From NCBI RefSeq assembly GCF_000143415.4, contig NW_003314387.1:281921-345920 (forward strand): a stretch of DNA of 64,000 nt, given 5' to 3'. The stretch comes from Selaginella moellendorffii. Taxonomy: Eukaryota; Plantae; Lycopodiophyta. Both the position numbers and the translations under genes were made by a program. The number at the start of each line of letters is the position of its first letter. Within the stretch, counting starts at the first letter, position 1. Below the pieces are notes generated by a model. The model had not been told where the DNA came from, made no database searches, and worked only from the letters and a program-made list of their open reading frames with translations. This document shows positions 1-11,619 of this stretch, piece after piece.

Positions 1-1553
1 GAGCAAGGATGAAAAGGCAATTATGTTGTTTCAACATGAAAGACTGATGCATTTTTTTATTGCTAGAAACTTAGTCTCTTGGTTGGTGTTCCGTAGTAGA
101 ATAAGTTTGTATTACCTGTCACTAAGGAAGAAGAAGAAGAGATATTCTTACTCAGCTTTATAGATTTGGATGATTTTGAAGATGTTTCAAGGACGATGAA
201 GACAACCTTCCTCAGGCTGCCTAAGTGCAAAATCTCAATTTTAGAGGCCTGCAAGAGAGGTTAGATATTTTCTACATTCAAGCTTTTAGGTTTCTAATTT
301 ATAAGGAATTTTAGTGCTAAAGGTGAAATCAATATCGACCAAAAGAGGCTATGTATCAATTGTAATGTAATCAGCACTAGTCATGCTAAAAAATTTAAAT
401 AATTTGTTACATGTTGGTGCATGCAACACTGCAATGCTGCATGGTTTGATTAATAGTAATACAAGATTACTCTTATTGCATATCAACTATGTTTAGGAAA
501 TTTTATACATTATAAACATGTTTTTAAATCTTAAATACAAATTAGTCTAAATAAATAACAACTATTAGATGATACAATATCCCAGAATATCAAAGTACTT
601 TCTAGGTATATTCATTGCTCTATCTCAACCTGATAAAATAAATTTAGAATAAATTATATATAAACAGTATTTAAATTATCACTCATTTTGAGTCTTAAAT
701 TATATTAATTATTGTGTATAAATTTTAAAATGTTATTTGAGATATAAAAATAATCAATAATAAAATCATAAAAAGTGTATTTAAAATTTAATTTTTATAT
801 ATTAAATCCTTTAATTTATTTGAAAGTGGTTTAACTTAAATATAAATGAGAATTTTGTCCTTATATTTAACAAAAACTCCTAAAATTTTTGAACTCAAAA
901 TTTAAATATGCACAATTTATTCACAGTGAGTGCATGGAATATGAAAGTGGAATATAGAAAAATACATATTTTATTAGCCAAAAAACCCTAACTTATATAG
1001 AAGAGTGAGTGGTTTTGATAAAATTAATCCAAGGGCTACTAAAATCTCACTATACTAATAATAATATAGAGCATTATAGCCATAAATTTGGACTTCTTCT
1101 CAAAAGAACAAAAGGTAGTTAAAGATTTCTAGTTAATGGGCCGGGATACAAAGGGATTAGGAACAACTAGCACTACCTACAAATTCTTTAGTGCCTTTTA
1201 ATATTCCTATAGAAATTTCCTATAACACTTCCATTCTTTTGAGCAAAGAGATATTATAAGATTGGGAAAATGAATTAACACTCAATCATCTATTTTATAC
1301 TTTGTAATTGGATGATGGTTAAAATTATAGTCCCATTTGTACATGGCCCAAGTGTTTAATAAACTCTACTTAAACCAATAGAAGAGTTTTCATTTATTGA
1401 TCTTAGGACTTAACATCAATAGCTTGTAACAATCACAAAGGTAAACTCAATTTAATTAGCAATATCAGATTATCCATCAACACAAACTACAGTACATTCC
1501 GAGAATCATCATGGCTTGGGGATTTAGGGTGCGCACGCCCTTGGGTTAGTGGA

Positions 1554-3867
1554 ATGGAGGAGTTGGATTGGGACGAAGCGCTTCTGCTGCCAAACGAAGT
1601 CCAGGATTTTCTAGATGCGTACTTGGAAGGCAAAGTTTCACTCCCTGTAGATGATGATTATGGCGTGCCTGTCTACATGAAGGTACCGAGTATGCTGCTG
1701 TTCCGGATAGGTCAGTCGGAGCATTCCTGCTGTGCCCAGCTGAAAGAGCAGCTCGAGAACGCCGAAAGTCTAGGCCGTCGATGCATGATCGTTTCTGGTG
1801 TCTCAGGATGCGGGAAAACAAGGTCATTGTATGATCTTTTCTGTGTTAAGTGCATGCAAATATATATCACAATGACCTGACCCTCCGTTTTTCCAGGAAA
1901 GAGATGGATTTTATTTCGTCGTCACTGCCCTCAACGGGGGGTCTCAGGATCTCGAATTCTCAATCAGGATGTTGGAGAGCTTTCTGATTCGTGCCCATCG
2001 CAATCCTGAAGGTGAGAGCCTTATGGAGTTGGCCCTCAACCAGACCGTCGCCAGAGTGTTCGTGACGCTGTTACTGGCCTGCAGAATGAAGATTTATCTC
2101 TACTGCAAGAGCAAGAATATCACGTCGCGTCAGTGGCTGCTCTTGCAAGCCGCATGCAGGGGTTTAGCACAGCAAGACGGCGTTGCTCTACTGCGCGATC
2201 CTTTTTGCGAGTTCTTCAGGGGTGCGGTGACGAAGTTATGTGGTTTATCGCGGAACCAGATAGGGTCTCAGCTGGAGCCACTGTTACACCAACTCAACTC
2301 TCCGGTGCCCATACCAACGATTGCTCTTGACGAAGCCCAAGAAGCGATGAAATTGTTTGAGGATGGCTACTTTTGGTCGACTTCGAGGGGTGGGTACGTG
2401 CCTTTTGCGAACTGCCTGGAAAATCACTGCAGAGTGGATACAGCTCTGAAGCACGTAGTCATAGTCTCAGGCACAGGGTACACATTGTACTTCAAGCAGG
2501 ATCTTCTCTGCACTGGTATTGGTAAGCTTATAGCGGATACCGACTTTGTGAACTTCGGTATCTGGGAGAATGCTAAGGAGATGGTTAACTACGCTGAACA
2601 GGCTATAGCACTAACAGAAGACGATGAAGCGGACTTGCGGACCCTGTACAAAGTCTTTAAAGGAAGGTTTCGACCACTGGCGTGTGTTTTGGAAATCATG
2701 ATCCTAAAGGACTTGAGCCTGCGGGAGGCAGCAGCTTATGTCACAGTGGGATTGACAACAAAGCGGAGTCAGCCAGAGACGAAGAAAACTTCCTACGGGG
2801 CGGTGTCGAAGTTGGCAGAGAAACAGGCCATTGTCCATGGAGTGAATCTCATTCAGGAACTTGAGGCGGCTGTAGTGCAGTATTTCGGTGCTGGAAGGGG
2901 TTACGTTTTCAGGGACAACGAGGACATATGTGTGGCACTGGTTGAGGCTGGTCTGGGATGGTTGGAGCGGACAGCTGCGGGGTGCATTGTTCATGTGGAC
3001 GAGTACTTGGTTCTTGCAGCAGCTAGAAATTATTTTCAAGATCAACACCAGGCAAAGGGATTCCTCCCGAGTAGTTACCTGCCATCAAAGTGGCTGCGAC
3101 TAACGGCTGCTGTGCCTTATCCGTCAGGCCAGGGGTTGTGCTTGCAGAACTTCTTAGCTCTATCGTTTGAGAGCATGTGGGAGAAGTTCGGTGGTAAAAT
3201 GGCAGACATGCCACTTCTCAGACCACTGCTGCAGGCAAGCGGCTGCCCTCAAGGGTTTCAAGAGTTGGCCGCTAGGAAAGGTGAAGTTGTGAAAGGCTTG
3301 ATCGATGCATTTGTTTCTGCCGACGGCTACGATCCAGAAGTCTTTCTTGTGGACTTGGAAAGGGATGATCCACTCTGCACGACATGGATCTCAGGAGACA
3401 ACACTGCCGGTGCTGATGCTGTGCGAGGCATTCGCTACAAATTCAATGAAGGGAATGGAGACACAGAGGTGTACGTGATGCACGTCTTGGAGCAGCACAA
3501 GTTTCCTAAGAATGCACTGAGCTCGACCAATACCGGTTTTCCTGAGGATACAGAAGCATACAAGTTGCTCTCGAGCATTCAGTTAAAGCTCTTGGTAATG
3601 CCGCCGCAGTTGAAGGGAGATCAATGTCGCTATTTCTGGGAGATGCATGCGGGAGGGAAAAAATCAGGCTTCGTCGTCTTGGATGCAGAGAATGCTGCAG
3701 ACCTGTTTGGTGATGAATCTGCTCTCGAATTCTTGAGGAGGATGAAGTTCGGCCCCAGTGCCCTGCAGGCTGAAGCTCACGAGCGGAAGCGGAACTTGCC
3801 ACCACCACGCGTAAAGCGGTCCAAACGGTCGAAGTTTGCCCAAAGGTGTGACTTCGTCTCAGGGTGA
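1554..3867 (+). CDS. Crinkler/RHS(CR)-type P-loop NTPase + restriction-endonuclease-like protein (exons 1554-1844, 1897-3867)
   Basis: Walker A GVSGCGKT; a 52-bp GT-AG intron (1845-1896) joins in frame to give LYDLFC-ERDGFYF...GGSQD; Walker B TIALDEAQ; KGRFR arginine motif; C-terminal GADAV...EQHK resembles a PD-(D/E/Q)xK nuclease site; basic NLS-like tail (RKR...KRSKRSK). Confidence 0.65.
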
Positions 3868-4127
3868 GAGCAGGACTATACTGTGTATGATCTAAGATGA
3901 TTGTGACCCAAGTGCTGATCCTGTGGTGAGAATTGTGAAAAGCTTTTGGAAGAGACTTATAGAACTTGTATCTTGAAGTTCTAAGTTTCTTATTATAATT
4001 GTGTTTTATATGTGAAATATTTTGAATTAATAACGGGAGTCTTGACTGATATCGTATGTCAATATGTCAATATCGCTTGCTCTGGCCACTTTATATTAAA
4101 GACATTTATCATGGTTATAAATGTTAA

Positions 4128-4201
4128 GCTTTCATAGCTCAGCTGGTCAGAGCACCCGTTTAGTAAGCGGGAGGTCCTGAGTTCAAATCTCAGTGGAAGC
4201 A
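4128..4201 (+). tRNA. tRNA-Thr(AGT)
   Basis: GCTTTCA/TGGAAGC acceptor stem, A box TAGCTCAGCTGG, anticodon arm CCCGT-TTAGTAA-GCGGG, T arm CTGAG-TTCAAAT-CTCAG. Confidence 0.95.
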
Positions 4202-4206
4202 TAGGC

Positions 4207-6864
4207 TCAATGCTTTCCCTCCAGGACGCTGGCCAGTGCCACATAAGGCGAGTCGTTAGTGGAGCTTAGTCCCTTCTTCCCGGGCATGGATTTTGCGATG
4301 GCGAGAACTTCGTTGGCTGCGCGCTTGCCCCTCTCGACATCTCCATAGCTCTTGGACGACGCGAGCAGCATGTTCCATACTACACAATCCGGTACAAATG
4401 GCATGTTTTCGATGAGCTCCTCGGCCTTGTCCAGCCTTCCCGATCGCCCCAAGAGATCCACCATGCAGCCATAGTGCTCGGCTCTCGGCATTGGATCGTC
4501 GCCAGGCTTGTCCTCCAGCACACACAGGAAGATTTCCCTGCCTTGTTCCACCAGGCCAGCGTGAGAGCACGCAAACAACACCGCCACCAAGCTGCTGCTG
4601 CTTTGCTCCAATCCTTCCAGTGACATGCCCCGGAAAGCTTCCAGCGCCGATTCGCAGCGCCCGGCCTTAGCGAGCTCCACCGCCATTGTGTTCCACGAGA
4701 TGACGCTTTTCTCCCCCATTGTTTCGAAGATCACGGTTGCTTGCTCGAGCCTACCGAGCTTGCCATACATGCTGACGAGAGCATTCGCTACAACCACGTC
4801 ACGCTCCAGGCCTGCTTCCAAAACTCGAGCGTGGATTTGCGAGCTTTGCTTTGACGCTCTCAAGTCCCCGCAAGCGTCGAGGACGCTGATCAAGGTCACC
4901 CTGTCCGGCTTCAGGCCTTCCAAATCCATGTGTTGGAAGAGTTTCATAGCTTCGGTTGCTTGATTGTTTTGAGCATAGGCCGCCACTAAAGAGCTCCAAG
5001 AGATCTCGTTCTTTCTCTCTTCCATGCTCCAGAACACCTCCTTTGCGTTTCCCAAGCTGTGGCACTTCCCATACATGTTGACGAGGCTGTTACACACGGC
5101 AACGTTAGAGCCATAGCCAGATTCGATAATGCGGGAACGAAGAAACTCGCCTTCTTCAATTTCCTCCCAAACAGCTGCAGCATCGACCATGCTGATCAAA
5201 GTTATAGCGTTTGGCTTCACTCCTTCCATATCCATTCTCCTTCGCAGCTCAAACACGTCTCTACCTTTGCTGGCACTAGAATCGTTTTCTCCTGCTGCCT
5301 GCACGTAAATGGAGAGCATTACATTCCATGAAACCACGTCTCGCCCGTAACTCAAGCTCTCGAAAACACTCCTTGCCTCCTCCAAATCATCACACTTACC
5401 ATACATATTGACGACGCAGTTCGCCACAGTGGGAAGCAAATCCATTCCGCTCGCCACGGCACACTGGTGAACTTGTCTCCCCCGTCTCAGATCTGCAAAA
5501 CTCGCGCAACAGTCGAGGAGCGTGACGAAAGTTACTGGATCCGGCTGGAAACCTTCTAAATCCATCTGCTGAAACAGCTCCCAAGTGCCTTGAATTCCCT
5601 GCTCGTTCTGGGAGCACGTAGACAGCATCGAGTTCCAGGACACAACGTCCCTCTTCGCGTGAGACAAATCAAAAACTCTTTTTGCGCTGTCTAGCCTTCC
5701 CAACTTGCCAAACAAGTTGACAAGCGCAGTCGCCACCACCGGATGCTGATGGAAACCATTTTCTAGAACGCGATCGGTGATTGCGATTATGAGCTTCGAT
5801 CCTGCTGCAGCAAAAGAAGAAGAAAAAGAAATATCAGTCCAAGCACAAGCATCCAAGATGCTAACAAAAGTTACCTCGTTCGCCTGTACTCCTTCCAGAT
5901 CCATTTTCTGGAGCTGCCTGATCGCCTCCCAGAAGTATCCGTTCTGAGAAAACGCTGCTATCGTTCCGGACCACGAGACAACGTTTTTTTCGTCCAGCTT
6001 CTCAAAGCTTTCTTTCATCTTTTCCATGTCCCCACACTTCCCATAAGATCTTACGAGCAAGTTGAGGAGCTTGTCGTCTTTCTCTAGTCCGGTCTCGATG
6101 ATCTGGAGGTGGATTTCCTCGCAAACTCTCGCATCCCTCGTCTCCATCACAGCCTCGAGAATGGTGATAAACGTCACACGGCAAGGCTTGACCCCATCAG
6201 CTTGCATGCTCCAAAAGCACACCATCGCACGATCTGGATGCCCGTTCTGGACGAAAGCCGAGATCATGGCAGTCCAGGACACCAAATCTTTGTTACAAAT
6301 CTCATCAAAGACCGATCTCGCTTGATCCACCTCGCAGCATCGGCCGTAGAGACTGACGAGAGCATTCTGGATCATCACGTCATCCGGAAGAAATCCCTCC
6401 TGTTTGATCCGAGAATGAAACCACTGCCCTCGAGAGAAGCTCTTGCAACAACCCAGTGCGCTGATGATTGTCACACGGTTGGCTCTCACCCCCTCAAGCT
6501 CCATCTTCCAAAAGCACTCAAGAGCATCGTCGAGATGCCCATTCTGGGCATAAGCTGCGAGCATGATTGTCCAGGAGAAAACATTAGAATCCTCCATCCT
6601 GTCAAGAATTTTCCGGGCTTCCTCCAGAGCACCACACTTCCCATACATGTTGATGAGGAGATTCTCCACAAACCTGTTCTTGCCCATTCCACACTCCACG
6701 GAATGGCGATGGATTCGTTTGCCCGCTTCCAGAGCACCCAACCTGACGCACCAATCCAGCATAAGTGCGTATGTGGAAGGATTTGCATCGCGCTGGTGCT
6801 GCTCAAGATCCTCCACTGCCTGCTCTAGCTCCAAAATGCCACTGGTGGCTGGAAACAATGCCAT
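4207..6864 (-). CDS. PLS-class pentatricopeptide repeat protein with E domain (RNA-editing factor-like, no DYW)
   Basis: Intronless ORF with repeated LxNMYGKCG/VVSWNAM/PDxVTF motifs; E domain HYGCMVDLLGRSG; first ATG at 6864 (track start at 6930 is TTG). Confidence 0.9.
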   Translation of the reverse strand: MALFPATSGILELEQAVEDLEQHQRDANPSTYALMLDWCVRLGALEAGKRIHRHSVECGMGKNRFVENLLINMYGKCGALEEARKILDRMEDSNVFSWTIMLAAYAQNGHLDDALECFWKMELEGVRANRVTIISALGCCKSFSRGQWFHSRIKQEGFLPDDVMIQNALVSLYGRCCEVDQARSVFDEICNKDLVSWTAMISAFVQNGHPDRAMVCFWSMQADGVKPCRVTFITILEAVMETRDARVCEEIHLQIIETGLEKDDKLLNLLVRSYGKCGDMEKMKESFEKLDEKNVVSWSGTIAAFSQNGYFWEAIRQLQKMDLEGVQANEVTFVSILDACAWTDISFSSSFAAAGSKLIIAITDRVLENGFHQHPVVATALVNLFGKLGRLDSAKRVFDLSHAKRDVVSWNSMLSTCSQNEQGIQGTWELFQQMDLEGFQPDPVTFVTLLDCCASFADLRRGRQVHQCAVASGMDLLPTVANCVVNMYGKCDDLEEARSVFESLSYGRDVVSWNVMLSIYVQAAGENDSSASKGRDVFELRRRMDMEGVKPNAITLISMVDAAAVWEEIEEGEFLRSRIIESGYGSNVAVCNSLVNMYGKCHSLGNAKEVFWSMEERKNEISWSSLVAAYAQNNQATEAMKLFQHMDLEGLKPDRVTLISVLDACGDLRASKQSSQIHARVLEAGLERDVVVANALVSMYGKLGRLEQATVIFETMGEKSVISWNTMAVELAKAGRCESALEAFRGMSLEGLEQSSSSLVAVLFACSHAGLVEQGREIFLCVLEDKPGDDPMPRAEHYGCMVDLLGRSGRLDKAEELIENMPFVPDCVVWNMLLASSKSYGDVERGKRAANEVLAIAKSMPGKKGLSSTNDSPYVALASVLEGKH

Positions 6865-6971
6865 AGAATGGTGGAACACATTCAAAAAAAAATTTGAAAC
6901 GCGATTCAAATTAGGATTGCAGTAGGGCAAAAAAGAATGTAACCTAAAAACCCAAAACCCTTAATAACAGC

Positions 6972-9821
6972 ATGGGTCATCTTGGATCTTATCGGCCAGA
7001 GGGCAATGGATTCGGCTATGTCGGCGGCGCTCAATCAAGTTTCGTCCAGCCTCAGCAAATTCCTTGGCGGCGGCAAGCTACTCGCCCACCGTTGCCTCAG
7101 CAAGTTATTCTCCCACCATGGCAGCAGCAAGGCCAGATAGGCAACGTTGAGGGCTATGGCTGTTATGGACCCAGCTATGTTCCTCCATTGCAACAAGGCA
7201 GTGGCTGTGGATCCGGCTTGCCTCGGCAAGCTACTCTCCCACCATCGCAGCAGCAAGGCCAGATAAGCGACGGTGAGGGCTATGGCTGTTACGGACCCGG
7301 CTATGTTGGCGGTGGTCACGTCCAGCAAATTACTCGCTCACCGTTGCAACAAAGGTTCGTTCTGGGCAGTGGCTATGGATCCGAGGTCCAGCCTCCTCCC
7401 CGACCGTGGCAGCAGCAAGGATTCGGCTATGTCCCTGGCCCTCGAACAAATTATTTCCAAACTCTTCTTCCACCGGCTCTACAGGAAACCAGCCGGCAAG
7501 CAACGCCGCGGCAGCAGCAAGGATTCGGCTCTGGTCCTCGAATAAATCACGTCCAAACTCCTCTTCCACCGGCTCTACAGGAAACCAGCCTGCAAGCAAT
7601 GACTCAGATGGTATCGACCAAGCGGATGCGTGTTGACGACGAGTATCTAGACGTAAGTGACTTTTTCTCTTTTCACTTTATGCTTTATTTCGTTAAAGTG
7701 GGACTTTTCATTATCCCACTTATGGTGTGTGGCCACATGCCATTTTTATAACAACAATAAAAAATTAAAGTTTTAACTTTATAATTTATAAATTAAAAAC
7801 TTTTCATATGATTTTGTGTTATAATATTGTGAAATATAAAAAAATAAATTAAAAAACTGATAGAAATATTAATAAATATTAATTAAGTACTAGGAAATGG
7901 CATGTGGACACATGCTAATTAATGTCCCACTTTACTGAATAAGTCCCACTTTAACGAAATAAAGCATCTTTGAGCTCTACTTAGCTTGTTTCAGGCACAA
8001 GGGGCTCTTGAACTCACTCGGCGTTTTTCCAAGCACTTGCGTAGAGTCTTTTGTCCCTCGGAGAACACGTATATGCATGTTCCAGAGCACATCCAGAATG
8101 ACGATGAACTTTGGGAGTGGCTAAACGAGATGGGTTACGACCAACTTCGGGTCGACGATTGCATGTGGTGTCGCTGGGTGCCTACACATATCCAACTTCC
8201 AGAGAGATTTCTTGTGCATATCAGGAAAAGTGAAGCCCCGCAGAAAGTACGCGAGGTCCTGAAACAGAGGCAATGGATGCAATCGATTCGAGAGACGCAA
8301 AATCGCGAGACAACTCTACCAAATACTGCGTACGTTACCATGCACTTTGAAGCATGCCCCGAGTTGGCTTTGTGGGACGAACAGGTTGTGAAAAGGAACG
8401 TTCCCAGGGAAATTGTTGGCATCGATGAGCTGTTGAAGCCATTGCGCCCTTTGGTTGCCGAGCTCCGGTATTTGCATTTCAGGCTCTTTGAAGCTCGAGG
8501 GGTTCCTTTGAAGAACGTTGTGGCGATGAGAGCGGCAAGAAAGAGGGGTCAGATAGATTTGGAGCTTCCTTACCACCCTCTGCTCTTACAGTTTTGCGTG
8601 GGGGCTGCTTCCGGCCAATCCGATTTTTGTTTCTTCAAGGAAGGAGGTGCTCCCGAGGATATATGCGTGCAAGCTGGTAAAACTTCTCAGCCTATCGAAC
8701 TTAAAGCCGTCTTTCAGCTTGCGAAAGGCGATCCGACTGGTGGGATTGACAGGAACAGGCACGGATTTGCCAAAATGCTACAGTGTAATAACAAAGATCC
8801 TCGACCATGGCACCTTGGGATCTTTGGCGAAAGGGTTGAACGTTTGTGGTTTGCTCTTTTTACTTACAAGGAGAACGGTGATGTTGAGTCACTCAAAGTG
8901 GCACCAGAATTCCCTACATCACCACGCTGGGACCGAAAAAATCTTCTCTTTGACGTGGCTCCGCATTTAAATGTTGAGAACATCTCACAGGCGACATTGC
9001 AGGATGTAGTCAGCTTAAAACCTGAACCTGGCTTCAAGCTGCTGGTGAGATATGTAGACACAGTCTGCTCCAGGCTAAACATCCCACTTGCTCCCATTCA
9101 GCTCCACCGGCACCACGACAACTTCGAAATTAATGTCACTGAAGCTAAAGTCATCGGTGTCGGTGGCAGGTCGATTGTGTTGCGAAAAGGTTCCAGCTCC
9201 TCTGTCATCAAAGTTGCAAAGGAATCCAGTATTTCGAGGGAAGTGGAGATTCACAAGATTGTGGACAAGTTACCTCACGTCCGGGCAATGGTGGCATTGG
9301 AATACTTCGGATCTGTCACAGGTGTAGGCGACGGTCTGGCTTGGATGGCTCTTGACGGCTTTGGACTTCCAATCGAAGCTGGAGATCTGACCAATAACTA
9401 TGACCAGTTGTGGGAGCATGGAGAGAGAGCTCTGTTCGGCTTGCATGCGAATGGTGTGTATCACAGGGATGTCAAGCCGGATAACTTTCTACTTTTCGGC
9501 CGCTTGCTGAAGCTCGGCGACTTTGATGCATCGTTCTTTGTGGATGACCCCCCGGAATTGCTCAGACAGCGTGTTGGGACTCCCTTCTTCATATCACCGC
9601 TGTTTGACGAGGAGGAGGGGTACAAGTATCGTGATGACTGGTACTCGCTCGTTCTCTCTTTTCTGTATGTTGGAGGGATGTACAAGGGCGGACAAGATGC
9701 AGAGAAATGCTTGCGGTGTGCATTGCAGACGGACATCCCTCAGAACATGATAGACTGCATCCATTGGATAACTTCGGATCAAGCTGCCAACGGAGAGCAA
9801 AGATTTGTGGAGATTAATTAA
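6972..9821 (+). CDS. CR-type REase + protein kinase with Q/G/P/Y-rich N-terminus (exons 6972-7652, 7995-9821)
   Basis: GTAAGT donor at 7653 and TTTCAG acceptor at 7994 join in phase 0; PEDIC...PIELK nuclease-like motif; kinase motifs GVGGRSIV, VIKVAK, HRDVKPDN, GDFD, GTPFF. Confidence 0.7.
7680..7967. mobile_element. MITE (288 bp) in an intron
   Basis: 27-bp perfect TIR ATGCTTTATTTCGTTAAAGTGGGACTT, inner inverted CCACATGCCATTT, AT-rich core, flanked by 4-bp direct repeat CTTT (7676-7679, 7968-7971). Confidence 0.85.
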
Positions 9822-9959
9822 ATCATAGAGAAATCCAAATATTATCTCTCTACTTGAGGCTTCAGCCAGCGGCAGGGTCAGGCATGATGTTTTGATTAAG
9901 CGTGTACTAACAGCTTCAGCTGCTGCATCCAATAGGGGGCTGTCGAAGGAAAAGAGAGT

Positions 9960-10270
9960 TCGCAGAAACATTCAAAGCATTGTGAATGAAGATGCCCATT
10001 CTGGACATATACTGTGAGCATGAGCGTGGAGGAGAAAACATTGGAAAGCTCCCACCAAGAATTTGCCGGGCTTCCACCAGAGCACCACATCCTATACGTG
10101 CTGGTTTGCACGAACCTGTTCTTCCCCGTGTTTGCCCGCTTCCAGAGCACCCAAATGACGCACCAGTACTCCAACATAAGCAGGATTTGCATAGCGTTGC
10201 TGCTGCTCTTGCTCGCTTCCTTTGTTACATCATTTGCTTACGATGTTTCCAGCTCGAATTCCTTCTCGAT
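9960..10270 (-). pseudogene. Degenerate partial copy of the 5' part of the PPR gene at 4207-6864
   Basis: Aligns by eye with ~6510-6830 (GATGCCCATTCTGG, GGAGAAAACATT, AACCTGTTCTT, TTTGCCCGCTTCCAGAGCACCCAA); frameshifts. Confidence 0.75.
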
Positions 10271-10618
10271 ACAATCACCATCTAACGCATGAAAACTTTC
10301 ACGAGTTTCAGCTAGAGGGGAAGTTCGTGCCTTCACGCCACAATCGGCTGCACGTCAGCAGCAGCAGCAACATTTCATCAGTATGCGGAAATCCCGATAG
10401 AGAATTGGAGCAGCGGTCAAAGCTACCAAGAACCCGATAGCCGGGGTGACGAGCGTTCTCGTTGCTTGATCCAGTGACACGGCGTTATGTCTTGGAATTC
10501 GATCATGGAAATTCAAATTGCTTGGAAACACTTAGCAAAAGAATTTCCACGCTTAAACGGTCGAACTTAACAATAAAACTCACAAACAATTCTAACTAGG
10601 TAACACAAAGCAAGTTCC

Positions 10619-11597
10619 TCAGTCTAGTATAGTCGGACAGTCTGGCATTATCCCATCCCTCCAAGGCAGATCGCGAATGCGTCGATACTTTTCAGGCTTG
10701 ATAGACTTGGCTTTAGCAACGACCTCCTTCCACTGTCGCAACACTTTCCCCTCGTCGCCAAACAGCTCGCGCAAGCCCTCACTCACGTAAGAATCAATCC
10801 CTTCGATGGATACTCCCTCACTTGTGAGCACCTCCACCACTTCATACGGCTGTGGATGGCCCTTGATGGCATCGTAGAGGCAGAAACTCTCCCGGGGAAT
10901 CACCTGTATGTGTGTGTGTGTGTTTATAGTTATAACAAGTGCAATGAAAACAAAGGAGTAGGGAGCGTGAGCTTACATGCATTGGCTGGTCTCGCAGCAC
11001 CACTGGAAGGGCCCGAGAGACGGCATGGTGGATACCCCACCAGGAGTTGAAGACGAGAGTGATCGGATAGAAGCTAGGACCGGCGAGGAACGAAACGCAA
11101 CCTTCCAGCACTTGCTCACTCGACCCGCTAGCTTGCTGCGCTGGCTCGCTCTCCCACTGGAGCAGCGTGGGATTGTCGGGGATGAGCTGCTCCATGCCAC
11201 CCACATCCACGCCCAGCATCAGGCACAGATCTGGACCGGAGCGCGGCGTAGCATAAGCCGACGCAGCGACGGATCCAGCAAGCGCAGCCACTGCTCCATG
11301 CTGCGCCAGCCACGCCGTGAAACCCAACGCTGCATCGACTTGATGAGGCCCGTACCACAGGCATTGTGCCTCAGACCATTCGGCTACTCGCTCCTCGACG
11401 CTCATCTTGCGCCAGCGCTCCTGGCGCCAGATTTTGGTTGGCGACCAGCACCCCAGCTCCTGCAGCGTCATCTCCAAGTGCACTTCCTTGGGGACGAACT
11501 TGGGGTTGCTGCTTTCTGGCTGTGTCGCTTGGCAGCGGATCACTGGCCTGGAGGGTGCCCTGGCCGGAGCTCCATGAAAACTTAGCGCAGCGGCCAT
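10619..11597 (-). CDS. Plastid-targeted protein with a degenerate nucleotidyltransferase-like domain (exons 11597-10977, 10903-10619)
   Basis: Transit-peptide-like MAAALSFHGAPARAPSRPVIRCQA; 73-bp GT-AG intron 10976-10904 (contains a CA microsatellite) joins in phase 0; ALAGSVAASAYATPRSGPDL resembles the G[GS]xA...RxTxDxD motif. Confidence 0.6.
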
Positions 11598-11619
11598 ACC
11601 CTAAAAGTTGACGGGCCGC

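Noticed and set aside
300-1500. Very AT-rich tracts (also 36850-37700, 47700-48850, 55510-56500)
   Set aside because: No TIRs, ORFs or repeats that I could substantiate; treated as intergenic
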